From IMG/VR virus record IMGVR_UViG_3300042346_000126: a stretch of DNA of 20,000 nt; one strand, written 5' to 3'. Below, one piece after another: positions 8,779 through 16,237 of the stretch (the stretch's first letter is position 1; each line of letters opens with the position of its first letter). The translations under genes and the position numbers were made by a program. This DNA comes from an uncultured virus (IMG/VR IMGVR_UViG_3300042346_000126). Its lineage: Duplodnaviria; Heunggongvirae; Uroviricota; Caudoviricetes. The notes beneath the pieces are model-generated. The model was not told where the DNA came from, did not search any database, and saw nothing but the letters and a program-made list of their open reading frames with translations.

Positions 8779-9658
8779 CTTCCACTCCCCAGTCGAAGGC
8801 GTCCAAGATAGCGTCCACCTTGCGTTTAGTCTCAATGCGAGTGCTGTCCTCTGTACGTAGTTCTTTGGGAGTAACACCTGTCATGGCATCCAACAGCTTG
8901 CTACGCGCCCGCTCCAGATCAGGGTCAGCCGTGACGTTCAGGGCGTCCAGCAACTCGCACAATTCCTCTGCATTGGACACGAGGGTATCGTGGAACTTAC
9001 GCTTGGTACCGTCCTCCTCAATGACGAGTCGCTCACTGAGATTGGACAATACCTTATGCAGCCGGGTCCATGAGTCTTGAGTAGACTGCGCAAGCAATGC
9101 CTTGGACTTAGCCTCATACTGCGTAATGAGTTGCTGTTGTACCTCGCTTTCGATGTCCACCCGGAAGTCACCTGCAATAGGCAGGGGGCTGAACGAAGTC
9201 TCAATCGCAAACTTACGGGCAATCTGACTGCCGGGCAGGTACTCATCACGGTCGAACAACGTACCCAGTTGAAACGCAGCCGCCGCCACGAGGGTGTCAT
9301 ACTTGACTACGAACTTGTCCACGAGGAACTCGAACTCAGTCTTGCACTTGCCCATAGCCCCTTGGTACTCCAGCAGCAGCTTGGTAGGCAGCAGGCGCTG
9401 GCCGTTATCTGCCCACGGCTTAGTCAGGCGGTAGTGCTCGGCACGTATGCGGGCTTGGTACTTGGTGATGTCGTCTAGCTCCTTGCAGTCAGCGAACAGC
9501 GATTTATACACAGACGCGGCACGCTTAGAGCCTGAACCCTTGGCCGTGGTAACTTCCGCTTGTGTCTTGCGGTCTTGCTTACGGCCTGAGTAAACTTTGA
9601 TGTTCAGGTCTACTAACATAGCAGCCCGTGCGATTCCGGCGATTGTTGTGATGCTCAT
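8756..9658 (-). CDS. Conserved helical phage protein (DUF3150-like, tentative)
   Basis: 300-aa ORF, AAGGA RBS; resembles proteins usually encoded beside phage AAA/VWA pairs. Family name is from memory. Confidence 0.6.
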   Translation of the reverse strand: MSITTIAGIARAAMLVDLNIKVYSGRKQDRKTQAEVTTAKGSGSKRAASVYKSLFADCKELDDITKYQARIRAEHYRLTKPWADNGQRLLPTKLLLEYQGAMGKCKTEFEFLVDKFVVKYDTLVAAAAFQLGTLFDRDEYLPGSQIARKFAIETSFSPLPIAGDFRVDIESEVQQQLITQYEAKSKALLAQSTQDSWTRLHKVLSNLSERLVIEEDGTKRKFHDTLVSNAEELCELLDALNVTADPDLERARSKLLDAMTGVTPKELRTEDSTRIETKRKVDAILDAFDWGVEDADADAC

Positions 9659-9684
9659 TTGATTTCCTTGGTTGGTAACTAATA

Positions 9685-10158
9685 TTAGATTGCGTTGCTT
9701 ACAGATGGCTTACTAAAAACAATAGCTGCGGGTAGCAGCAGAACGGCGGGGTGATGACCGCTAGCGGCCACTAGCCGAACGGCATCGGGGGGCATATCCA
9801 GAAATACTGCGCAGTCATCCCACGCTACGAGCGCCGCTATAGCGTACCGTGCAGCGCCCCGTGCAGCGCCCCGTGCAGCGCCCCGTGCAGCGCCCCGTGC
9901 AGCGCCCCGTGCATCGTCCCGTGCATCGTCCCATGCAGCGTCCCGTGCAGCGTCCCGTGCAGCGCCCCGTGCAGCGCCCCGTGCAGCGGTCCATGCAGCG
10001 TACCATGCAGCGTCCCATGCAGCGTCCCGTGCAGCGTTCCATGCAGCGCCCCGTGCAGCGCCCCGTGCAGTGTGCCATAGCTCCGGGGTAGCCGCTAGTG
10101 AGGCCAGCACCCGGTCGATGTGCGCGGCGTTGGGTAAGTGTGCCCATGCGGTAGTCAT
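9685..10158 (-). CDS. AAxx-repeat protein, paralog 1 (19 tetrapeptide units)
   Basis: Conserved ends AWAHLPNA.HIDRVL and AWDDCAVFLDMPP around a 12-bp repeat array; stop codon inside the palindrome. Confidence 0.85.
   Translation of the reverse strand: MTTAWAHLPNAAHIDRVLASLAATPELWHTARGAARGAAWNAARDAAWDAAWYAAWTAARGAARGAARDAARDAAWDDARDDARGAARGAARGAARGAARGAARYAIAALVAWDDCAVFLDMPPDAVRLVAASGHHPAVLLLPAAIVFSKPSVSNAI
9844..10071. repeat. 12-bp tandem repeat array, 19 units
   Basis: + strand consensus gtcccgtgcagc / gccccgtgcagc. Confidence 0.95.
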
Positions 10159-10197
10159 TTTTTGGCAGCGTCCGCTAGTTGTTTGATGCTGCCAAGG

Positions 10198-10788
10198 TTA
10201 GCCATTAGTTTCATAATCTTCCTCTGTTTCAAAGGTTACGTCGTTGGCTGCGCAATGCTCGATGTATGCTTCTTCGCTAGTCAGGTAGTCTTCTTCGTTG
10301 CGCAGCATCGTGTGCAACTCGTTACCTAAGTCGTTGCAGTACTTTTGTATGGCGGCTTCCAAGTCGGCCTCTGCTTCTTGGCTCTCGATAAGCTCCTCCC
10401 ACGTAGCTTGGTCCAGCCCCGAGAACATACCGGAAGGTGCAGTTTGGTTAACGTAGGAGTCATACGACACGCTCATATTGGAGTTGCGGGTAACCGACAC
10501 CTTAGCCCTACCCCCATCATCTACAACCCCGAGATACAGCGCCGGGTACTTCTCTGCTAGTCCCGAACGCTCCATGAATACCGCGACGTTTACCCAGCCT
10601 TCAAACCCTGCCGATCCGGGGATACTGAACGCAGTGTCCACTACCTCTACCCCTTTCGGGGCGCAGTCTTCTGTAAACATCTCCACCGTATAGTCCCACC
10701 ATCCGTAGTCCAGCACGTGCGCTGCCCATTTGAGGTATGCTTTGGTGAACCGCTTGGGGTCCGCGATCTTTAGTTCTGCTGCGTTCAT
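10198..10788 (-). CDS. Hypothetical acidic phage protein (196 aa)
   Basis: AGGAG RBS, operon orientation, DYGWWD and DYLTSEEA motifs. Confidence 0.75.
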   Translation of the reverse strand: MNAAELKIADPKRFTKAYLKWAAHVLDYGWWDYTVEMFTEDCAPKGVEVVDTAFSIPGSAGFEGWVNVAVFMERSGLAEKYPALYLGVVDDGGRAKVSVTRNSNMSVSYDSYVNQTAPSGMFSGLDQATWEELIESQEAEADLEAAIQKYCNDLGNELHTMLRNEEDYLTSEEAYIEHCAANDVTFETEEDYETNG

Positions 10789-10789
10789 A

Positions 10790-11950
10790 TCAATCTCCTA
10801 AGTGAATAGTCGTGCCGTATGGCGAACTAAGATTAGATGTGAGTGCCCACAGCGTAGGCCATGAGCTATTGCCGAAGCTACCTACGTAGCCATCACTGAA
10901 CTGAATGATGGCGTCAGGGGATATCTGCTTGTCACGCAGGTAATCAAACAGAACGGAACCGTCTGTACCGCCACCCCCACGGGGCTTGAGGCTCTGTACC
11001 GCGAACAGCCCGTCCTCGAACACCTGCTCGCCACGTACCTCGGTATCCCAGTAGATAATGCGACACTTGCTAGGCTTGACGTCCTCGATGATGACCTTGA
11101 TCTCGGACACGAACCTTGCCATATCTGCGCCACCGAAGCACGAGCCAGAGGTGTCGAACCCCACCACGAGTTCTCGCATGGTATTACTCATCATGCTAGG
11201 CATATACACATCATCGCCTATGTACCTGCGGTTGGGCTTGCGCCATGTGGACTCGTCGCGCCCCGCACAGGTCTCGGTTATGAAGTCGCGCAGCACCTTG
11301 CGCCAGTCAACCACAGGCGTCAGCAAGTCACCGAATACCCCGGACTGTCCCTTGCTACCCTTGCCTTGCATCTTGCTGCGCATGATCTCGCCCTGACGCA
11401 TAGCCCGGTCGATCTCCTTGCCTTGGGCCTCTTGCTCGGCTTCGCTGGGGGCACTGCCGGACTCCCAATCATGCTCGTCCATACCGCTACCCTCGCCGCT
11501 GCCCTCGTCCTTGGGTGGAGGGTCTTGCTTGAGCTTGTCGAAGATCATCGCCACGGACATACCACGGTACTGCGGGTCAGGCTGTACGCCTACCTTGGGC
11601 ATCGTAATGAACCCCTCGCCAGCATCCAAGTCAACCAGTGACAGGTTATTGAAGTGGTCAGCCGCAATATTCGCAAGCCGGGCGTCGATAGCCCACAGGC
11701 TTTTCCATACGTGCAAGTGCCTATAGGCAACGTGTGTGGCTTCATGAAGAACTAAGAACCGAAGCTCTGAGTCCTTGAGCCCGTCAACAAACGTAGGGTT
11801 GTACATCCGATTCCAGCCGTCCGTACAGGCAGTGGGTATGTCCTCGGTCACGGTCACTTTGCCGCAGGCCAGCAGGCCGGAGAATACGCAGAACTTCTTG
11901 TGTTGCATTATTGCAACGTGGGCTTTCTTGATACGATCTGAACTGTTCAT
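10790..11950 (-). CDS. DUF2201-type putative metallopeptidase with C-terminal VWA-like domain
   Basis: TACTDG, HEATH (HExxH), DTSGS MIDAS, GGGGTD, FSDGY. Confidence 0.9.
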   Translation of the reverse strand: MNSSDRIKKAHVAIMQHKKFCVFSGLLACGKVTVTEDIPTACTDGWNRMYNPTFVDGLKDSELRFLVLHEATHVAYRHLHVWKSLWAIDARLANIAADHFNNLSLVDLDAGEGFITMPKVGVQPDPQYRGMSVAMIFDKLKQDPPPKDEGSGEGSGMDEHDWESGSAPSEAEQEAQGKEIDRAMRQGEIMRSKMQGKGSKGQSGVFGDLLTPVVDWRKVLRDFITETCAGRDESTWRKPNRRYIGDDVYMPSMMSNTMRELVVGFDTSGSCFGGADMARFVSEIKVIIEDVKPSKCRIIYWDTEVRGEQVFEDGLFAVQSLKPRGGGGTDGSVLFDYLRDKQISPDAIIQFSDGYVGSFGNSSWPTLWALTSNLSSPYGTTIHLGD

Positions 11951-11980
11951 GGTGTTTCCTTAGGTTGTGTGTAACTAATA

Positions 11981-12406
11981 TTAGATGGAGGGATTGAAAA
12001 CAATAGCTGCGGGTAGCAGCAGAACGGCGGGTTGATGACCGCTAGCGGCCACTAGCCGAACGGCATCGGGGGGCATATCCAGAAATACTGCGCAGTCGTC
12101 CCACGCTATGAGCGCAGCTAAAGCGCCCCATGCAGCGCCCCGTGCAGCGTCCCGTGCAGCGCCCCGTGCAGCGTCCCGAACAGCGTCCCGAACAGCGTCC
12201 CATGCAGCGTCCCGTGCAGCGCCCCGTGCAGCGTTGTATGCAGCGTTTTGTGCAGCGTTTTGTGCAGCGTACTGTGCAGTGTCCCGTGCAGCGGTCCATA
12301 GCTCCGGGGTAGTCGTTAGTGAGGTTAGCACCCGGTCGATGTGCGCGGCGTTAGGTAAGTGTGCCCATGCGGTAGGCATGATTGCGTTTTTAATCATAGT
12401 AGTCAT
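11981..12406 (-). CDS. AAxx-repeat protein, paralog 2 (14 units)
   Basis: Same conserved ends; AGGAG RBS and ATGA coupling; stop codon inside the palindrome. Confidence 0.85.
   Translation of the reverse strand: MTTMIKNAIMPTAWAHLPNAAHIDRVLTSLTTTPELWTAARDTAQYAAQNAAQNAAYNAARGAARDAAWDAVRDAVRDAARGAARDAARGAAWGALAALIAWDDCAVFLDMPPDAVRLVAASGHQPAVLLLPAAIVFNPSI
12125..12292. repeat. 12-bp tandem repeat array, 14 units
   Basis: Direct reading of the sequence. Confidence 0.95.
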
Positions 12407-12567
12407 TTCTTGCTCCTTAGTAATACTGACTGCAATTTGTAGGCATCCCTTGACGGGATGTTGGTTTGGCCTCGGGGGACGTAGGCTTTGCTGATTCGGT
12501 CAGGTGACCAATCCCTGTGCAGGGTGACTACGACTTGGCCGTTTGATGTGCGTTCTGTAACTAGCAT
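12403..12567 (-). CDS. Hypothetical protein (54 aa)
   Basis: Manual ORF MLVTERTSNGQVVVTLHRDW...LLRSKK after an AGGA RBS; stop overlaps the paralog 2 start. Confidence 0.65.
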   Translation of the reverse strand: MLVTERTSNGQVVVTLHRDWSPDRISKAYVPRGQTNIPSRDAYKLQSVLLRSKK

Positions 12568-12589
12568 GATGATTCCTATCTAATATTAG

Positions 12590-13645
12590 TTAGAAGAACT
12601 TACCGAGAGCAGCAGCCATCACCGTGAATGGGCGGCAACTGCATGCCATGCCTACCTTGGCCTTGTTGCTTGCCAGTGTGGTAGCGAACAGCGCCTTGGC
12701 CTCGAACGAATCGAAGCGATTGACGTACGTAATGATCGCGCCCAGCGTGTCTTCCTTGGCACGAGCGGCCAGACTGAAGGCCATCAAAAAATAACTTCCA
12801 GCGCCCTCAGGCAGCCGCGCCTTGTCGGGATCAGCGACGATACTTGCGAAGCTAGTCATGCCATCGGCCAGATGCACAAGGGCCTCGAGGTCACGGGCAG
12901 CAGACTCGCCCAGAGTACCGATCAGAGCGGGCAGCAGGGCACTACCTAACGAACTACGCTGCTTGATAAGGTTACTGGCTTTCTCCATAGACCTAGGGGA
13001 ACAGAATGCCTTGGTGTTGCCCGTCAACGGGCTGAAGATGTATGGGTTTTTCTCGGCCTTGTCGATCAGGTCGTACCGCTCGAACACCTGAGGGAAGTCA
13101 CGGGCAAAGGCCATAACCTCCGGCGCTACGTCATTGTTAGCCGCCCAGCCAAGCCACTCGTCAACCGTAGGGTTAGCCACATCCAGCACAGTCATGCGGT
13201 TATGGGCATGCGCCGGGATGTTGTCGCCCACACCGTCAGTCGCAAGGTTAGTCGTGCCGAATACGATGCTGCCCACTGGCAGGTGAACGTCGCCCAGCCT
13301 ATGCTCAAGGATAACGGGCAGCAGCATATTGATGATAGGCCGCGCACCCTTGCCCAACTCGTCAAGCATCAGCAGCACCGGGCGATCTTGACCCTTGCCG
13401 ATACCGAACCTAGCATTTGGGGCGTAGTTGGTAACCATATGGTCACGGTCGATGACCGGCATACCGAGGTCACCGAGGTCAAGGTTAGCCACGTCGATGT
13501 AGCACGCCTGATAGTCAGGCATCTCACGGGCCAGCATACCGAGGAGGGCTGACTTGCCTACGCCGGGCTGCCCTTGCAGCAGAAAGGTATTGGTAGTGCC
13601 GCAGGTACGGATGAGAGTCGAAGCTTGATTGAGAGTAACTTGCAT
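12590..13645 (-). CDS. AAA+ ATPase (MoxR/dynein-related type)
   Basis: Walker A GQPGVGKS, Walker B LLMLDE, sensor GTTN, SPRS motif. Confidence 0.92.
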   Translation of the reverse strand: MQVTLNQASTLIRTCGTTNTFLLQGQPGVGKSALLGMLAREMPDYQACYIDVANLDLGDLGMPVIDRDHMVTNYAPNARFGIGKGQDRPVLLMLDELGKGARPIINMLLPVILEHRLGDVHLPVGSIVFGTTNLATDGVGDNIPAHAHNRMTVLDVANPTVDEWLGWAANNDVAPEVMAFARDFPQVFERYDLIDKAEKNPYIFSPLTGNTKAFCSPRSMEKASNLIKQRSSLGSALLPALIGTLGESAARDLEALVHLADGMTSFASIVADPDKARLPEGAGSYFLMAFSLAARAKEDTLGAIITYVNRFDSFEAKALFATTLASNKAKVGMACSCRPFTVMAAALGKFF

Positions 13646-13669
13646 GATATTTCCTTGAGGTAACTAATA

Positions 13670-14056
13670 TTAGATGGAGGGATTGAAAATAATAGCTGCG
13701 GGTAGCAGCAGAACGGCGGGTTGATGACCGCTAGCGGCCACTAGCCGAACGGCATCGGGGGGCATATCCAGAAATACTGCGCAGTCGTCCCACGCTATGA
13801 GCGCAGCTATAGCGTCCCATGCAGCGTACCGTGAAGCGCCCCGTGCAGCGTCCCATGCAGCGCCCCGTGCATCGTCCCGTGCAGCGCCCCGTGCAGCGTC
13901 CCGTGTAGCGTCCCGTGTAGCGTCGTATGCAGCGTCCCATGCAGCGTCCCGTGCAGCGTCCCGTGTAGCGGTCCATAGCTCCGGGGTAGCCGCTAGTGAG
14001 GCCAGCACCCGGTCGATGTGCGTAGCGTTAGGTAAGTGTGCCCATGCGGTAGCCAT
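13670..14056 (-). CDS. AAxx-repeat protein, paralog 3 (13 units)
   Basis: True start MATAW at 14056 after the AAGGA RBS; repeat array 13814-13969. Confidence 0.85.
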   Translation of the reverse strand: MATAWAHLPNATHIDRVLASLAATPELWTATRDAARDAAWDAAYDATRDATRDAARGAARDDARGAAWDAARGASRYAAWDAIAALIAWDDCAVFLDMPPDAVRLVAASGHQPAVLLLPAAIIFNPSI

Positions 14057-14081
14057 GATGATTTCCTTGAGGTAACTAATA

Positions 14082-14492
14082 TTAGATGGAGGGATTGAAA
14101 ACAATAGCTGCGGGTATCAGCAGAACGGCGGGTTGATGACCGCTAGCGGCCACTAGCCGAACGGCATCGGGGGGCATATCCAGAAATACTGCGCAGTCGT
14201 CCCACGCTACGAGCGCCGCTATAGCGCCCCGTGCAGCGCCCCGTGCAGCGTCCCGTGCAGCGTACCGTGAAGCGCCCCGTGCAGCGTCCCATGCAGCGCC
14301 CCATGCAGCGAGCCATGCAGTGCGCCATGCAGCGTCCCGTGCAGCGTCCCGTGCAGCGTCCCGTGCAGCGTCCCGTGTAGCGTCCCGTGTAGCGTCCCAT
14401 GCAGCGTCCCATAGCTCCGGGGTAGCCGCTAGTGAGGCCAGCACCCGGTCGATGTGCGCGGCGTTAGGTAAGTGTGCCCATGCGGTAGTCAT
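14082..14492 (-). CDS. AAxx-repeat protein, paralog 4 (15 units)
   Basis: AGGA RBS; repeat array 14226-14405. Confidence 0.85.
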   Translation of the reverse strand: MTTAWAHLPNAAHIDRVLASLAATPELWDAAWDATRDATRDAARDAARDAARDAAWRTAWLAAWGAAWDAARGASRYAARDAARGAARGAIAALVAWDDCAVFLDMPPDAVRLVAASGHQPAVLLIPAAIVFNPSI

Positions 14493-14517
14493 GATGATTT
14501 CCTAGAGGTAACTAATA

Positions 14518-14880
14518 TTAGATGGATGGATTAAAAACAATAGCTGCGGGTAGCAGCAGAAAGGCGGGGTGATGACCGCTAGCGGCCACTAGCCGAACGG
14601 CCTCGGGGGGCATATCCAGAAATACTGCGCAGTCGTCCCACGCTACGAGCGCAGCTATAGCGCCCCGTGCAGCGCCCCGTGCAGCGTCCCGTGCAGCGTC
14701 CCGTGCAGCGAGCCAGGCAGCGTACCGTGAAGCGCCCCATGCAGCGAGCCATGCAGCGCGCCATGCAGCGTCCCGTGCAGCGTCCCGTGCAGCGGTCCAT
14801 AGCTCCGGAGTAGCCGTTAGTGAGGCCAGTACCCTGTCGATGTGCGTAGCGTTAGGTAAGTGTGCCCATGCGGTAGCCAT
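14518..14880 (-). CDS. AAxx-repeat protein, paralog 5 (11 units)
   Basis: True start MATAW at 14880 after the AAGGA RBS; repeat array 14662-14793. Confidence 0.85.
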   Translation of the reverse strand: MATAWAHLPNATHIDRVLASLTATPELWTAARDAARDAAWRAAWLAAWGASRYAAWLAARDAARDAARGAARGAIAALVAWDDCAVFLDMPPEAVRLVAASGHHPAFLLLPAAIVFNPSI

Positions 14881-14905
14881 GATGATTTCCTTGAGGTAAC
14901 TAATA

Positions 14906-15667
14906 TTAGATGGAGGTGACCGTGGTTGCAGTGGTCTCATACATACGAGACTTGCAGGCTTTCATAATCGCAGCCCAGCAGGACTTGGCATCGCCGCGTT
15001 CCATGCAGAACCGTGTCTGCGTCTTGTAGTCATACTGCATCTCAAACTTGAAATACTCGATGATCTCCGGCCAGCTAGGGGCAAGGTGCGCTGTGGTGAA
15101 CGTCTCTAACAAATGGTAGTGGTTGGGCACGTGGGTTATCCCACTGTCCGGGGCCTTGCATGAGGCATACAGCAAGGGGAACATAGCCTTGAACCCTGAC
15201 GCCTTGATATCGTCAGCGAACTCTTTGGACTCTTGCTTGTTGATACCGTACCGCTCGAACGTCACCAGCGGGGTAGTCAGCGTACCGTCAGCGTCGAACT
15301 TCATACCGTCGTAATACCTGACGACCCGCCCATCCTTGAGCGATATGCACAACTGAGACGTACCAAATACGCGTCTGCTATAGACGTAACGCCCCGCCAG
15401 TGGCGTAAACCGCAGTGCTACCCACACTGCTTTCTTGGTTGTTGGGGAGCCGTGCCAACCCGCCGTGTCCAGCATGAACGTCCCATCCTCATAAGCCTGC
15501 AGGATAGCCGTGTTGTGCATGATGACCGCCATGTGGTCGCTCTGCTGTACTACGCGGTGAGTACAGCGACCCCTGCGGCTACCCTCTACCGGCGCATCGC
15601 CCTTGTGGGCACCCTTGGTATATACATGCTTGTTCATGTGCATCGACAATGCCGTAAACGTATTCAT
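14906..15667 (-). CDS. Hypothetical phage protein (253 aa)
   Basis: Long ORF, first gene after the promoter/leader; stop codon inside the palindrome. Confidence 0.8.
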   Translation of the reverse strand: MNTFTALSMHMNKHVYTKGAHKGDAPVEGSRRGRCTHRVVQQSDHMAVIMHNTAILQAYEDGTFMLDTAGWHGSPTTKKAVWVALRFTPLAGRYVYSRRVFGTSQLCISLKDGRVVRYYDGMKFDADGTLTTPLVTFERYGINKQESKEFADDIKASGFKAMFPLLYASCKAPDSGITHVPNHYHLLETFTTAHLAPSWPEIIEYFKFEMQYDYKTQTRFCMERGDAKSCWAAIMKACKSRMYETTATTVTSI

Positions 15668-16154
15668 AATAATTCCATTAAGTTAGATAGAGTAACTAAT
15701 CTTAGTTACCCAGTGGAGCATCCACTACATAGGACACGATGTGTGCCCTACATGCTAGGCGCTCTAGCACGGGCGGTTAGGCCCGTCAGAATCTTTGGTT
15801 TGTATGCTTCATTGGTACGATAGAGAGTGTCGGCGTGGCTTATCCCAGCGGTGCTGGTTCCACGTCCCTAGGGCTCATGCAGGTTTTCCCTGAGCGGAGC
15901 CCACCCATTTAAGTACCTATCGTTTACATTGCACTGTGCTGTTACCACACATATGCAGGGGCTATACCCTACGCTTACTCGCCAAGGGAGACTCGCACTA
16001 GGCGAATCTTTAGGCTTCTGGATTGAACCAGCAGCAGCTTGCTTGCCCTCCCAACTAATATTAGTTGGGTAGACTTACGTCAGATTGTTAATGATGTGGC
16101 CCTAGGGGAATATGGTGCCTAACAACTCGAAGCGATCCTCAAGTCGATAAGTCG

Positions 16155-16183
16155 ATTGTATCATACTCTTGACCGCGTGTCAA
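16155..16183 (-). promoter_or_regulatory. Sigma70-like promoter
   Basis: TTGACA-N17-TACAAT with TGn extended -10, just downstream of a terminator. Confidence 0.75.
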
Positions 16184-16208
16184 GCTATTTCGGGGTAGTT
16201 GGGGGTTG

Positions 16209-16229
16209 AAAAAGCCCCGTTTCCGGGGC
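16209..16229 (-). terminator. Intrinsic terminator
   Basis: GCCCCGG-aaa-CGGGGC-TTTTT immediately after the stop of 16238..17056. Confidence 0.85.
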
Positions 16230-16237
16230 CGTGGGTG

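Larger units (their letters stand above)
13649..14916. repeat. Tandem array of three gene cassettes bounded by four 32-bp direct repeats
   Basis: atttccttgaggtaactaatattagatggagg at 13649, 14061 and 14885, and with 2 mismatches at 14497; unit lengths 412, 436 and 388 bp. Confidence 0.95.

Noticed and set aside
14057..14104. N-terminal extensions of paralogs 3 and 5 given by the ORF track (starts 14104 and 14940)
   Set aside because: They read through the junction repeat; RBS position and alignment with the other paralogs put the starts at 14056 and 14880
9844..14793. Canonical diversity-generating retroelement
   Set aside because: No reverse transcriptase or non-coding template repeat is visible, and variation includes unit number and C/T switches. 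Kept only as a low-probability alternative.
9815..14800. Cys-rich (CTGR)n ORFs and + strand (QRPV)n/(RAAS)n ORFs
   Set aside because: These are shadow frames of the stop-free 12-bp repeat. They lack RBSs, while the AAxx frame has an RBS or coupling and conserved caps.
13649..14916. CRISPR array (32-bp repeats with a palindromic core, Cas4-like gene in the window)
   Set aside because: The intervals are about 360-400 bp paralogous genes, not unique 30-40 bp spacers. The Cas4-like nuclease sits in the usual phage replication module and no cas1/cas2 is present.
9679..14916. Classical integron attC sites
   Set aside because: No RYYYAAC...GTTRRRY long imperfect hairpins and no integron integrase in the window
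15233..15823. 196-aa + strand ORF and other + strand ORFs throughout the window
   Set aside because: They are antisense to well-supported minus-strand genes, with no recognisable motifs or RBS
16000..16075. tRNA gene suggested by GGTTCAATCC on the minus strand
   Set aside because: The loop is 6 nt rather than 7, and no acceptor, D or anticodon arms could be built
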